Shown here: positions 8,489 to 18,109 of the stretch, piece by piece
Layout of the letters: the number at the start of each line of letters is the position of its first letter
Numbering within the stretch: position 1 is the stretch's first letter
The notes under the pieces: model-generated
The model's input: only the letters and a program-made list of their open reading frames with translations
Told to the model about the DNA's origin: nothing
Databases searched by the model: none
Sequence record: SRR22947727_2089
Strand: one strand, 5' to 3'
Length of the DNA: 33,930 nucleotides
Position numbers and translations under genes: made by a program

Positions 8489-9517
8489 ATGAACGATAAA
8501 ATAAAAAACATGGAAGACTTTGCATCCGTGTGCGGCATTTCTAGGCCGACCTTGTCAAAATATTTTAACGCGCCTGATAGCGTGCGAAAATCAACACGGT
8601 TCAAAATTGAAGCGGCTTTAGAGAAATTTGACTATCGTCCGAATATCTACGCAATCAATCAGAACAGACGGCAAACAAAAAATATTGGATTGGTTGTGCC
8701 TAATTTGACCGATCCGTTCTTTGCAGGGATTGCGCGCACGATCGAAGGGCTGATTATTGATGCAGGCTATAATCCACTTCTTCTCAGCTCGCATGGTGGG
8801 CCGCAACAAGAGATCACCAATCTTGAAAGCTTGCGATCTATTAAACCGGCAGGCGTGCTACTTGCGCCGTTAGGACGAGCGTCTGATCAAAGGCGGGTAA
8901 ATGAATTTACGCGCGAAGTGCCAACCGTATTATTTGATGCCAATCTTGACGAAGCAGGTGAAGCTTTTTTCGGCTCGGACAATAACCAAAGCATTGGTTT
9001 AATTGTTGAATACCTGTGTAGAACGGGTGAGGCTCCAGCGTTCTTTGAGATGAAAAACCCAATAAACCCCAACGCTTTTAAGCGACGTACGGCGTATCTT
9101 GCTGCGATGGAGAAGCTCGGTCGTGAGCCTGAATTAATACAGGTTGACGGTGAGGGCTGGAACTTTGAAGAAGTTGGTTTTTTAGAGGGAGGGAAAGTCA
9201 TTTCAGATGGCCGCCTTCGAACAAATACACTTTTATGTTCGAATGATCGGCTGGCCATAGGCTTGCTGTCAGCGGCTTTTGAGGCGGGTCTTCGCGTGGG
9301 GCATGCTGACGGATGTGATTTGCGGGTGGCCGGCCATGATGATCACCCATTCTCACGATATACATGCCCTTCTTTGACAACTGTTTCACAGGATTATGCG
9401 GCAATAGGTCAATGCAGTGTTGATACGATTATGAAGATCATTGATTCGAATGAAAAAAGCCCAGAGCGTGAAGTGAAGCTCTTTGAAGGGCGTTTGATTA
9501 TGCGCGGCTCAGCATAA
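8489..9517 (+). CDS. LacI family transcriptional regulator of the polyol operon
   Basis: N-terminal HTH (MEDFASVCGISRPTLSKYFN), YRPN, sugar-binding domain, PSLTTV; ATG at 8489 follows GGAG. Confidence 0.92.
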   Translation: MNDKIKNMEDFASVCGISRPTLSKYFNAPDSVRKSTRFKIEAALEKFDYRPNIYAINQNRRQTKNIGLVVPNLTDPFFAGIARTIEGLIIDAGYNPLLLSSHGGPQQEITNLESLRSIKPAGVLLAPLGRASDQRRVNEFTREVPTVLFDANLDEAGEAFFGSDNNQSIGLIVEYLCRTGEAPAFFEMKNPINPNAFKRRTAYLAAMEKLGREPELIQVDGEGWNFEEVGFLEGGKVISDGRLRTNTLLCSNDRLAIGLLSAAFEAGLRVGHADGCDLRVAGHDDHPFSRYTCPSLTTVSQDYAAIGQCSVDTIMKIIDSNEKSPEREVKLFEGRLIMRGSA

Positions 9518-9548
9518 GCTATTGCATTAACGCAAGTATTTATAAAAT

Positions 9549-9599
9549 TTTACACGCGTAAATTAAATATTGACGTCGCGTATCTTATCCATCTAAGAT
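9549..9599 (+). promoter_or_regulatory. LacI-type operator plus sigma70-like promoter of smoE
   Basis: Near-palindrome TTTACACGCGTAAA (9549-9562); TTGACG (9570)-N18-TAAGAT (9594); GGAGG RBS before ATG 9632. Confidence 0.6.
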
Positions 9600-9631
9600 G
9601 ACGAGCATCATCCAATTAGGGAGGTTCCAGG

Positions 9632-10915
9632 ATGTCTTTTAAGAAATCACTGTTTGCGGTAAGCGCGGTGGCCATGATGGCTGGCGGGGCTTACGCTGCA
9701 GACTCACTGACAATCGCGATCGTGAACAACGGTCACATGATCAACATGCAAAAAGTTGCAGAAGCCTACACAGCGGAAACAGGCGTATCACTGAACTGGG
9801 TGGCGCTGGAGGAAGGCGTTCTGCGCGAGCAAGTGACATCAGATACCGCAACTGGTGGCGGTCAATACGACATCATTAATATCGGTATGCAAGAAGCACC
9901 AATCTGGGGTGCGGCGGGTTGGATTGAACCGCTCAACTTTGGCGCAGATTATGACATGGACGATATTTTACCGGCGATCCGCGCGGGCTTGTCGCACGAG
10001 GGTACGATGTATGCAGCTCCATTCTATGGTGAATCTTCGATGGTCATGTATCGCAAAGATTTGACGGATGCCGCTGGTGTTGTGGTTCGTGATAATGATT
10101 CGTGGGCGAATATCAAAGGTGCGGCGGCCGCAATGCATGATCCCGACAATGGCGTCTATGGCGCCTGCCTGCGTGGTAAGCCAGGTTGGGGTGACAACAT
10201 GGCCTTCATCACAACTGTTGTGAATTCATTCGGCGGTGCCTGGTTTGACGCAGATATGCGTCCAACAATCGATACAGCCGCTTGGGAAGAAGCGATCAAC
10301 TTCTATGTAGATCTATTGGGGAATTATGGACCTCCTGGTTCAGAAGGAAATTCATTTAACGAAATCCTTGCGCTTTATAACGAGGGCAAATGTGGCATGT
10401 GGATTGACGCAACAATCGCGGCCTCATTCTTAACAGCTGACGGTGTTGCATATGCACAATCACCAAACGCGGGTAACCCTGTTGGTGCAAACTGGCTATG
10501 GGCATGGGCGATGGCAGTTCCAGCGGGATCACCCAATGCTGATGCTGCAAAAGCTTTCATCGAATGGGCAACGTCCAAAGACTATGTTCAGGCCGTAGGT
10601 AACCATCCAGATTTCGGTTGGGGATCTGTTCCAACAGGTCAACGGGCTTCAACTTATGCATTGTCAGAATTCCAAGCCGTTGCAGGTTTTGCAGCAGCGG
10701 AAATGGCGGCGATTGAATCCGCGGCGCCTGCGGCGACAGATCTGAAACCCTATGTAGGTGTTCAGTTTGCAGCAATTCCAGAATTCCCAGAAGTGGGCAG
10801 CGCGGTTGCGCAGGAAATGGCGGCGGCGTTATCAGGTGCGAAATCCGTGCAAGACGCGCTTGCAGCCTCACAAGCAGCAGCTGAAGCGATCATGTCAGAA
10901 GCGGGCTATAACTAA
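9632..10915 (+). CDS. smoE: Polyol (sorbitol/mannitol) ABC transporter substrate-binding protein
   Basis: Signal peptide; VNNGHMI, LEEGVLR, APFYGESS, CLRGKPGWG, WLWAW, YVGVQFAAIPEF motifs. Confidence 0.9.
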   Translation: MSFKKSLFAVSAVAMMAGGAYAADSLTIAIVNNGHMINMQKVAEAYTAETGVSLNWVALEEGVLREQVTSDTATGGGQYDIINIGMQEAPIWGAAGWIEPLNFGADYDMDDILPAIRAGLSHEGTMYAAPFYGESSMVMYRKDLTDAAGVVVRDNDSWANIKGAAAAMHDPDNGVYGACLRGKPGWGDNMAFITTVVNSFGGAWFDADMRPTIDTAAWEEAINFYVDLLGNYGPPGSEGNSFNEILALYNEGKCGMWIDATIAASFLTADGVAYAQSPNAGNPVGANWLWAWAMAVPAGSPNADAAKAFIEWATSKDYVQAVGNHPDFGWGSVPTGQRASTYALSEFQAVAGFAAAEMAAIESAAPAATDLKPYVGVQFAAIPEFPEVGSAVAQEMAAALSGAKSVQDALAASQAAAEAIMSEAGYN

Positions 10916-10932
10916 ACTTTCTCCCGAAAGTG

Positions 10933-10972
10933 AAATTGGGGCTCAGATAATCTATCTGAGCCCCAATTTTTT
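10933..10972 (+). terminator. 17-bp perfect hairpin with U-tract after smoE (intra-operon terminator or mRNA stabiliser)
   Basis: AAATTGGGGCTCAGATA-ATC-TATCTGAGCCCCAATTT-TTT. Confidence 0.8.
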
Positions 10973-11054
10973 CCAGATGGCTTGTATAAAAAGCAAGCAA
11001 TGAGAGATTCTTTGAAGTACTACGCTGGGTTCTATCAATAATGGACAGAGTATA

Positions 11055-11993
11055 ATGTCAGATCGAAGCCTTCCACGCCTACTCCAGATGCCCGCAGTGC
11101 TGCTCCTTCTCGTTTGGATGCTGGTGCCGCTTTCTATGACGCTGTATTTTTCGTTCATTCGATATGTGTTGAACAGTTTGCGCCGCCCCGAATGGACAAA
11201 ACCAGCGATCAGTAACTGGCGTGGATTTGGAAATTATGAATTTGTTTTGAATAACAAAGATTTCTTGTTGGCAATTCAGAACAGCCTTCTCATCGTATGC
11301 AGCATTATCGTATTCACAGTGGTGCTGGGCGTGTTCATCGCAGTTTTGATCAACAAGTCATTTCCGGGCCAAGGTATCGTTCGGGTTCTTCTAATTTCGC
11401 CATTTTTCGTCATGCCGGCCGTGAATGCGGTTTTGTGGATTAACATGATTCTTGATCCTGTGCTCGGTTTGCAAGGGCTCGCCATAGAGGGCTTAAATCA
11501 GCTTATTGAAAATTTGCAAAATACACCTCTGCTGGGCAATTTCTTTTCACTTTGGCCTGAGTTTGAGCCGATTTCCTTCCGCGCAACGCAAACATCTGCC
11601 TATGCGGTAATTATGATGGTGACCTGGCAGTGGACCCCTTTCGCAGTGCTTATCTTTATGACGTCGCTGCAATCTGAGGACATACAGCAAAAGGAAGCCG
11701 CCATATTGGATGGTGCGGGTGCGTGGTCGCAATTTCGGTTTCTAACTTTGCCGCATCTGGGCCGGCCAATCGCAATTGTGGTGATGATTCAGGCGATTTT
11801 TCACTTATCTCTCTACGCTGAAATTGAGATTGTCAGCCGCGGGAATGGCAATAAAAACCTGCCTTATTTGATCGGTGAATTTGCGAATAACAATATCGGC
11901 GCTGCCAGCGCCACCGGCATTATTGCGGTTATTTTGGCCAATATCGTTGCGATCTTCCTGCTTCGGATGCTTGGCAAAACCTTGATGGAATGA
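11055..11993 (+). CDS. smoF: Polyol ABC transporter permease
   Basis: Multiple TM helices; EAA loop (EAAILDGA), WQWTPF, LTLPHL. Confidence 0.88.
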   Translation: MSDRSLPRLLQMPAVLLLLVWMLVPLSMTLYFSFIRYVLNSLRRPEWTKPAISNWRGFGNYEFVLNNKDFLLAIQNSLLIVCSIIVFTVVLGVFIAVLINKSFPGQGIVRVLLISPFFVMPAVNAVLWINMILDPVLGLQGLAIEGLNQLIENLQNTPLLGNFFSLWPEFEPISFRATQTSAYAVIMMVTWQWTPFAVLIFMTSLQSEDIQQKEAAILDGAGAWSQFRFLTLPHLGRPIAIVVMIQAIFHLSLYAEIEIVSRGNGNKNLPYLIGEFANNNIGAASATGIIAVILANIVAIFLLRMLGKTLME

Positions 11994-12005
11994 GGGGATA
12001 GAATA

Positions 12006-12839
12006 ATGGCAATTGTTGCACAAACCTCAAAATTTGCAAAATTTGCGCGCCCTGTCTTAGCGTGGTGTGTCGGGCTTTTCTTCTTTTTCCCAATCTTTTG
12101 GATGGTTTTAACGAGCTTTAAAACCGATGCAGATGCGGTGAAGCCAGCGTTTTTACTGTTCTTCACGCCGACGCTAGAGAATTATCTAAATATGACGGAA
12201 AACTATGATTATTGGCGATTTGCTCAAAATTCGGCAATCACGGCGATTTCCGCTACGTTCTTTAATCTTATTGTCGGAATCCCTGCCGCCTATGCGATGG
12301 CGTTTAATCCAAGTAAGGCGACAAAAGATGTGTTGATGTGGATGTTATCAACAAAGATGTTACCTGCCGCGGCCGTTCTTTATCCGATGATTTTCTTGGC
12401 CAAAGGGCTGGGGCTTTATGACACGCATATTTTGGTTATCACCGTAGTCAGTTTGATCAACCTGCCCTTAGCGATCTGGATGCTGTTCACATATTTCAAA
12501 GAAATCCCTAAGGATATCATCGAAGCAGGCCAGATGGATGGTGTGAACACCTGGGGTGAAATTAAAGAGATATTGGTGCCGCTGGCTTGGGGGGGTATTG
12601 TCTCAACTACTTTGTTGATTTTTATTTTTTGCTGGAATGAAGCCTATTGGACCGTCCGGCTGACAACGATCGATGCGGCTACGCTCTCAAAACTCATCGA
12701 AGGGAACCGCGCACCTGAAGGGTTATTCTTTGGCCGCTTGTCTGCAGTTTCAACTGCCGCGGTCGGACCGATCGTGGTGTTAGGGTGGTTTTGTCAAAAA
12801 CAATTGGTCAAAGGATTGACCTTTGGCGCCGTGAAATAA
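12006..12839 (+). CDS. smoG: Polyol ABC transporter permease
   Basis: FFPIFWMVLTSFKT, WMLSTKMLP, EAGQMDG, C-terminal QKQLVKGLTFGAVK. Confidence 0.9.
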   Translation: MAIVAQTSKFAKFARPVLAWCVGLFFFFPIFWMVLTSFKTDADAVKPAFLLFFTPTLENYLNMTENYDYWRFAQNSAITAISATFFNLIVGIPAAYAMAFNPSKATKDVLMWMLSTKMLPAAAVLYPMIFLAKGLGLYDTHILVITVVSLINLPLAIWMLFTYFKEIPKDIIEAGQMDGVNTWGEIKEILVPLAWGGIVSTTLLIFIFCWNEAYWTVRLTTIDAATLSKLIEGNRAPEGLFFGRLSAVSTAAVGPIVVLGWFCQKQLVKGLTFGAVK

Positions 12840-12848
12840 GGAAAGATC

Positions 12849-13853
12849 ATGGGAAGAATCGTATTAGATAAAGTCACCAAAAGCTTTGGTGAAACTCAGG
12901 TCATTCCACCATTGAACCTCACGATTGAAGAGGGTGAGTTTGCGGTTTTCGTGGGACCGTCAGGGTGCGGGAAATCTACGCTGTTGCGAATGATCGCAGG
13001 CTTGGAAGATCTTACTTCTGGTGAACTTCACATCGATGGCGCAGATATGACTGCGGTTTCGCCTTCTAAACGCGGTCTGGCGATGGTGTTCCAATCCTAT
13101 GCTTTATATCCACATATGAGCGTTCGCAAGAATATTGGCTTTCCGCTTCGAATGGAAGGGATGAGCAAAGCCGAGATTGACGAGAAAGTGAATGCCGCCG
13201 CTGAATCGCTAAACCTGTTAAATTACCTCGAACGAAAACCCGCGGCATTGAGCGGCGGGCAGCGTCAACGGGTTGCCATCGGCCGTGCGATCGTGCGCAA
13301 TCCCAAAGCGTTTCTGTTTGATGAGCCGCTATCGAACCTTGACGCTGCCTTACGGGTTGGAATGCGCCTTGAGATCAGTGAAATGCATAAGCGCATGCAA
13401 AATACAATGATTTACGTGACGCATGATCAGGTCGAAGCAATGACAATGGCGGATAAGATTGTTGTCTTGCAAGGGGGATGCATTGAACAGGTTGGGTCCC
13501 CTCTCGAGCTGTACAAAACACCAAAGAATTTATTTGTCGCAGGATTCATTGGATCGCCAAAGATGAACTTTTCGCAAGGCGAGGAGGCGTCGAGGCGCGG
13601 GGCTGCCACAATTGGAATTCGCCCCGAACATATCGAAGTTTTATCTGAAGCTGGTATTTGGCATGGCACCGTCGGCGTAGCTGAACATCTAGGATCGGAC
13701 ACGTTCTTACACGTGCATGATACAGGGCTGGCCGACTCGATCACCATTCGCGCGCCGGGCGACGTAAATTTCAAATATGGCGATAAAATCAGCCTTTCTC
13801 CACGTGAAGACGTTATCCATAAATTTGATGCGCAAGGACAGCGGATTGAATGA
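12849..13853 (+). CDS. smoK: Sugar ABC transporter ATP-binding protein
   Basis: Walker [36 protein letters not shown]. Confidence 0.93.
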   Translation: MGRIVLDKVTKSFGETQVIPPLNLTIEEGEFAVFVGPSGCGKSTLLRMIAGLEDLTSGELHIDGADMTAVSPSKRGLAMVFQSYALYPHMSVRKNIGFPLRMEGMSKAEIDEKVNAAAESLNLLNYLERKPAALSGGQRQRVAIGRAIVRNPKAFLFDEPLSNLDAALRVGMRLEISEMHKRMQNTMIYVTHDQVEAMTMADKIVVLQGGCIEQVGSPLELYKTPKNLFVAGFIGSPKMNFSQGEEASRRGAATIGIRPEHIEVLSEAGIWHGTVGVAEHLGSDTFLHVHDTGLADSITIRAPGDVNFKYGDKISLSPREDVIHKFDAQGQRIE

Positions 13854-13999
13854 GACGACAAGAAGAAAATTCAACGTTAAAAATAGACGTGGCAGGTGAA
13901 ATTATTCCTAAATGTGGCAAAGCTATTGCGGGCGATTACGCCGATTATGCCGTTTCTCATTGTTCAGACATAGATCTTAAGCGGTGGATGAACGGATGA
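13850..13999 (+). pseudogene. smoS: Internally deleted remnant of sorbitol dehydrogenase smoS (49-aa ORF)
   Basis: [49 protein letters not shown]. The ends resemble, from memory, the SmoS N-terminus (M-R-L-x-GK-x-AL) and C-terminus (ADYIVAQTYNVDGGNWMS); it sits at the smoS position between smoK and mtlK. Confidence 0.6.
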
Positions 14000-15498
14000 T
14001 AAAGGCGACGCTAGAAAAAGATTTGCTGAAACTTTCTAATACGACACTGGATAAGATTTCCGGGAATGTGAAAAAGCCGCTTTATGATCGCGCGCGGCTG
14101 AAGGCCGGTATCGTGCATATTGGTTTGGGAAATTTTCACAGAGCGCATCAAGCGTGGTTTCTTCACCAATTGATGCAAGCGGGTGAGGCGATGGACTGGG
14201 CAATCGTCGGTGCCGGCGTTCGTGAGTTCGATTCCAAACAACGACAGAAACTACTCGCGCAGGATTTTTTGACAACTCTGATTGAGCTAGACCCAAAAGG
14301 TCAATCTGCTGAGATCATTGGTTCGATGATCGATTATGTGCCGATCGCAGAGGGAAATGCTGACTTAATTGCGCGTATGGCACAAGAAGATATTCGTATC
14401 GTGTCTTTAACCGTTACAGAGGGCGGATATTATATCGATCCGCTATCCTCTTCTTTAGATACGGCGCATCCAGATATTCAGCATGATGCAAAATACCCAG
14501 AAACCCCCAAAACAGTATTTGGTGCGATGATAGCGGCCCTGAAGCTGCGCCGAGAGGCTGGTGTGGGCCCTTTTACCGGCCAAAGCTGTGATAATTTACA
14601 AGGCAATGGTGCTATATTGCGGCGTACTGTTGTTTCTTTGGCCGCCCTTTCTGACCCTGATTTGGCTGTCTGGATTGATCAGAAGTGTTCGTTTCCAAAC
14701 TCAATGGTTGATTGTATCGTTCCAGCGACGGGGCCTTTGGAATGTGAGCTGGTTAGAACCCTTGGGATTGACGATGCGGTTCCCGTGACTCACGAAAATT
14801 TTCGCCAATGGGTGATAGAAGATGATTTTTGCGCAGGGCGTCCAAACTGGGAAAAAGTTTCAGTAACGATGTCATCTGATGTGCATACTTTTGAATCTAT
14901 GAAAATCCAAATTTTGAATGCTGGCCATCAAATTCTGGCAAATCTGGGTGAGATAATAGGTCTGGATACCATAGATCAATGCATGCAACACGATGAAATA
15001 TCTTCATTTTTTGAACAAGTGCAGCGCCGGGAAATTGTGCCCCACGTGGCGGCAGTTCCGGGCATGCAACCACAAGATTATGTTGGCCTTGTTGCCAGCC
15101 GCTTTGCTAACCCAAAAATTAAGGATACTGTCAGGCGCGTCGCGTTTGATGGCGCCGCGCGGCATAGCGGCTTTTTACACCCCACAATTCGGACGGCATT
15201 GTCTTGTGATACAGCGGTTGCAGGGCTTGCTCTGGTTGAGGCAATTTGGGCAAGAATGTGCTTTGGGATACGTGAAGATGGTTCGACCATAGCCGCCAAT
15301 GATCCGAATTGGAGCTTTTTAAGCGCATTGGCAAAGCGCGCAAAAGAAAGCCCAAGCCTATGGTTGAATGATACAAATTTATACGGTGATATTGCCGAAG
15401 ACCCACGTTTTCACGATGCGTTTTGCACGAAGCTTACGCATATCTGGAAGCATGGCGCTTGCTCAACCATAAAGGATTATTGCTCCAGCGGCTTTTAA
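13996..15498 (+). CDS. mtlK: Mannitol 2-dehydrogenase / mannitol dehydrogenase family protein
   Basis: GIVHIGLGNFHRAHQA, VSLTVTEGGY, SCDNLQGNG, FPNSMVDCIVP, QWVIED, RFANP; ATG 13996. Confidence 0.88.
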   Translation: MIKATLEKDLLKLSNTTLDKISGNVKKPLYDRARLKAGIVHIGLGNFHRAHQAWFLHQLMQAGEAMDWAIVGAGVREFDSKQRQKLLAQDFLTTLIELDPKGQSAEIIGSMIDYVPIAEGNADLIARMAQEDIRIVSLTVTEGGYYIDPLSSSLDTAHPDIQHDAKYPETPKTVFGAMIAALKLRREAGVGPFTGQSCDNLQGNGAILRRTVVSLAALSDPDLAVWIDQKCSFPNSMVDCIVPATGPLECELVRTLGIDDAVPVTHENFRQWVIEDDFCAGRPNWEKVSVTMSSDVHTFESMKIQILNAGHQILANLGEIIGLDTIDQCMQHDEISSFFEQVQRREIVPHVAAVPGMQPQDYVGLVASRFANPKIKDTVRRVAFDGAARHSGFLHPTIRTALSCDTAVAGLALVEAIWARMCFGIREDGSTIAANDPNWSFLSALAKRAKESPSLWLNDTNLYGDIAEDPRFHDAFCTKLTHIWKHGACSTIKDYCSSGF

Positions 15499-15849
15499 AG
15501 AAGCGTGACGGTTTTTAAATCTGAAACCTTACAAAAAGATGCAAAAAGCATCTTTAGAGGCGGCGTAAAATTGATCAAAAAAGCAAACGGTTTTGAGTAC
15601 GGAGCCATTGCCTAATATTACAGCGCAGGTTCCTTAGGTTTAAATGATATGTGGGGGATGAATGACGCGATTATAAATAAAGCTCCTTTGGTGATGTCTG
15701 GCTATATGGTTGATTTTGTTTTGCTAAATACGTTTTGTGTGCGTGGCTTGGGGCAGTTCAACATCCAATTCATTTTAAATGGAGAGGGGGCGCGAATGGG
15801 TTCATTACAGTGAAGGAACATCGCGCCCGAATACGAGAGCTGAATTAAT

Positions 15850-16007
15850 CCTTTGGAAAATTTGCGCTGCAGGCTTCGCTGATGCCCAGCTTGCAGGCGC
15901 CTCTGAAGGACCTTTTTTGCAGATGATTAAGAGATATTGGATTGAAAAGGACATATAGAGACCCAGACCATATCACGTGACTGTCCAAAACTGACGCGGG
16001 CAGCTCT
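15850..16007 (-). mobile_element. Possible highly decayed IS3-family left end and orfA fragment
   Basis: Minus strand AGAGCTGCCCGCGTCAGTTTTGGACAG is IS3-IR-like; ~85 nt further on one frame reads CKLGISEA (IS3 orfA-type CRKLGISEATFY). Confidence 0.25.
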
Positions 16008-16153
16008 CGTTATGTCATGCACCCGCGTTAACGGGAAACTCTAAGGCATATTCTGGGGCGGTGAAGCTTTTTATATACCAGAGCTCTCAATACTCTGTCG
16101 CAATTGCATCAGCTATGACATGCAAGTTTGTTTGATGCGCTGGTAGAAAATCC

Positions 16154-16393
16154 TTACGGTTTCTTCTGCTTGGAGTGTTCATCTGACGTCTCAGTAGGCT
16201 CCTGAGGATCGAAAGCGATAAAAAATTGATGGGCGGCATAAAGGCTAAGACAGAGCGCAAGCATAGCCCAAATTTGATTATCCCCCCATAATTCGAGCCC
16301 CGTCCATAAAACGCAAGCTGCAACCACGCCAATGCGCCGCCAAAGAGGTTGAAAAAAAGGCAGTTGCAAATCGATTGCTTTTCTTTTCCGCAT
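16154..16393 (-). CDS. Small conserved alphaproteobacterial membrane protein (PFFxPLWRR type, DUF3329-like)
   Basis: 79 aa; PFFQPLWRRI motif followed by two TM helices. Confidence 0.75.
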   Translation of the reverse strand: MRKRKAIDLQLPFFQPLWRRIGVVAACVLWTGLELWGDNQIWAMLALCLSLYAAHQFFIAFDPQEPTETSDEHSKQKKP

Positions 16394-16542
16394 TTTTTGA
16401 ACCTAACTATGAATGACGCGTTGGAATGCGTTATATTAAATCCCTTTTAGAGCAGTATAAAGCCATCTTTTCATGCAAAGATTTAATGCACGCCAAACAG
16501 GGAAGTTCTCCGTTGCCTGTGCTGGATACCGGTCTTATTTTT

Positions 16543-17172
16543 CTACCGACTTGCGCCGGCCAGGATACGAAACGGAACCAATGCTATCAGGGCAACTGAC
16601 AATTTTACGATCCAATCCGCGACGGCCAAAGACACCCAAAGCGGGGCGTCGCTCCCAACTGTCAGCAATGGCACAAGGTCCCAAGCCCATGATATCTCAT
16701 CGTTGGCCGCATCGGAGAAAACCGAAACGCTTGCTGAAAAGGCAATCGTAAAAAACAAAGCGGTGTCCACGATGGATCCCACAATCGTAGACGCAAGAGG
16801 CGCGCGCCACCATTGGCCATTGCGCAGCCGATTAAAGATGAACACATCGACCAATTGAGCCACCAGAAAGGCACTTCCAGAGCCAATTGCAACGCGCAAA
16901 GCCACCGCCGGATACTCATAGCCATCGCCTTGCAACATAATTTGACTGCCGATTAAGGAGCAGAAGATACCTGTCACAAACCCTGAAAATACGACTTTAC
17001 GCGCGTCTCCAGGCCCATAGAGCCGGTTTATCAAATCGGTGACCAAGAAGGCGAGCGGATAGGTGAAAGCCCCCCATGTGAGAAGCCCATCGAGCAGCAG
17101 AAACTGCACCAAAATATTTGAGGCAACGACAATGACCGCCATCGCGGCGATTCCGGGAAGTAATCTGTTCAT
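16543..17172 (-). CDS. yhhQ: Queuosine precursor transporter (VUT/YhhQ family)
   Basis: VVASNILVQ, LTWGAFTYPLAFLVTDL, AFLVAQLVD, WWRAPLAS, DTALFF. Confidence 0.9.
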   Translation of the reverse strand: MNRLLPGIAAMAVIVVASNILVQFLLLDGLLTWGAFTYPLAFLVTDLINRLYGPGDARKVVFSGFVTGIFCSLIGSQIMLQGDGYEYPAVALRVAIGSGSAFLVAQLVDVFIFNRLRNGQWWRAPLASTIVGSIVDTALFFTIAFSASVSVFSDAANDEISWAWDLVPLLTVGSDAPLWVSLAVADWIVKLSVALIALVPFRILAGASR

Positions 17173-17216
17173 TTTTTAATCCGTTTTATCAAGGTGGCGG
17201 AGACTCGGCCCATGAT
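17173..17216 (-). promoter_or_regulatory. Candidate cis-regulatory RNA (preQ1-riboswitch-like) in the yhhQ leader
   Basis: UCAUGG-GCCGAGUCUCCGCCA-CCUUGA-UAAAACGGA-UUAAAAA-AUG: short stem, A-rich tail, and tail CGGA (overlapping the SD) complementary to loop UCCG. Confidence 0.35.
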
Positions 17217-17413
17217 TCTCATGTGCAGCGCTGAGGTAGGCTGTCTATCTCGACAGGTCAAGCCCCGCAGAGCGTGTTGCGATCAGTTTCAACTTGGATG
17301 TGTTTGGACGACGTTCGCCCGCAGTTAAAATTGAAACATAGATTGGTATGCAAGGCCAGTTGGTCGATCAAACGGAATTGATGCTTTTGTCCCTAAGCAG
17401 CTTTGCGTTGGCC

Positions 17414-18109
17414 CTAAGCTTGATCTAGCAAGACCAGACGCGAATGGGAAAGAAATTCACGGCGTAATAAAACGCTGAGCGTGATCAAAGTGGCGACAAT
17501 AAGCGCTATTGGCCCCACCAGCCAAGCAGCAGCAGCGAGCGAGAAATAGATCGCACGCAAACCACGATTATAGCTGCGGGCGCCGGTAATATTCACTTCG
17601 CTGGCTTTGCGCGCTGTTGGCAGCGTCAGCGGGTCATTGGGGTCATTTGGAACCGCCGCCATCAATATGGCGCAATAGCCAAACAGACGGTGTGCCCAAA
17701 CAAATTTTAAAAAAGCATTGGTGAGAAAAAACAAAAGCAGCAACAGTTTGATTTCCCAAACCACCTGAGAGCTGACATTTAGATTAAGGTCGATAGCGAC
17801 GCCGATCAATTGATCTGCATTGCCGATCAGTGCCAATGCGCCCCCCGTAGCGATCATTGTGGTCGAGGCAAAAAAAGCAGTGCCTTGACGCAATCCATTC
17901 AAAACTTGCGCGTCAAAAATGCGCACATCGCGGGCGGCCATATGCTGCATCCAATTTCGCCGGTGCTCTGCCATTAATTGTGATACCGAGGGGCGCGCGC
18001 GCGGCGCATATTCGATCAGCCCGCCAATGGCGATAAAAGAAAATAAGAGCAAAGACACGGCTGCCAAATCAAGTTGCGAAAATAATGTGAGCCGATCTAT
18101 CCAAGTCAT
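17414..18109 (-). CDS. DUF599 family membrane protein
   Basis: RRNWM, RIFDAQVL, FFASTT, AFLKFVWAHRLFGY, YNRGLRAIYF; likely start MTWIDR at 18109. Confidence 0.85.
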   Translation of the reverse strand: MTWIDRLTLFSQLDLAAVSLLLFSFIAIGGLIEYAPRARPSVSQLMAEHRRNWMQHMAARDVRIFDAQVLNGLRQGTAFFASTTMIATGGALALIGNADQLIGVAIDLNLNVSSQVVWEIKLLLLLFFLTNAFLKFVWAHRLFGYCAILMAAVPNDPNDPLTLPTARKASEVNITGARSYNRGLRAIYFSLAAAAWLVGPIALIVATLITLSVLLRREFLSHSRLVLLDQA

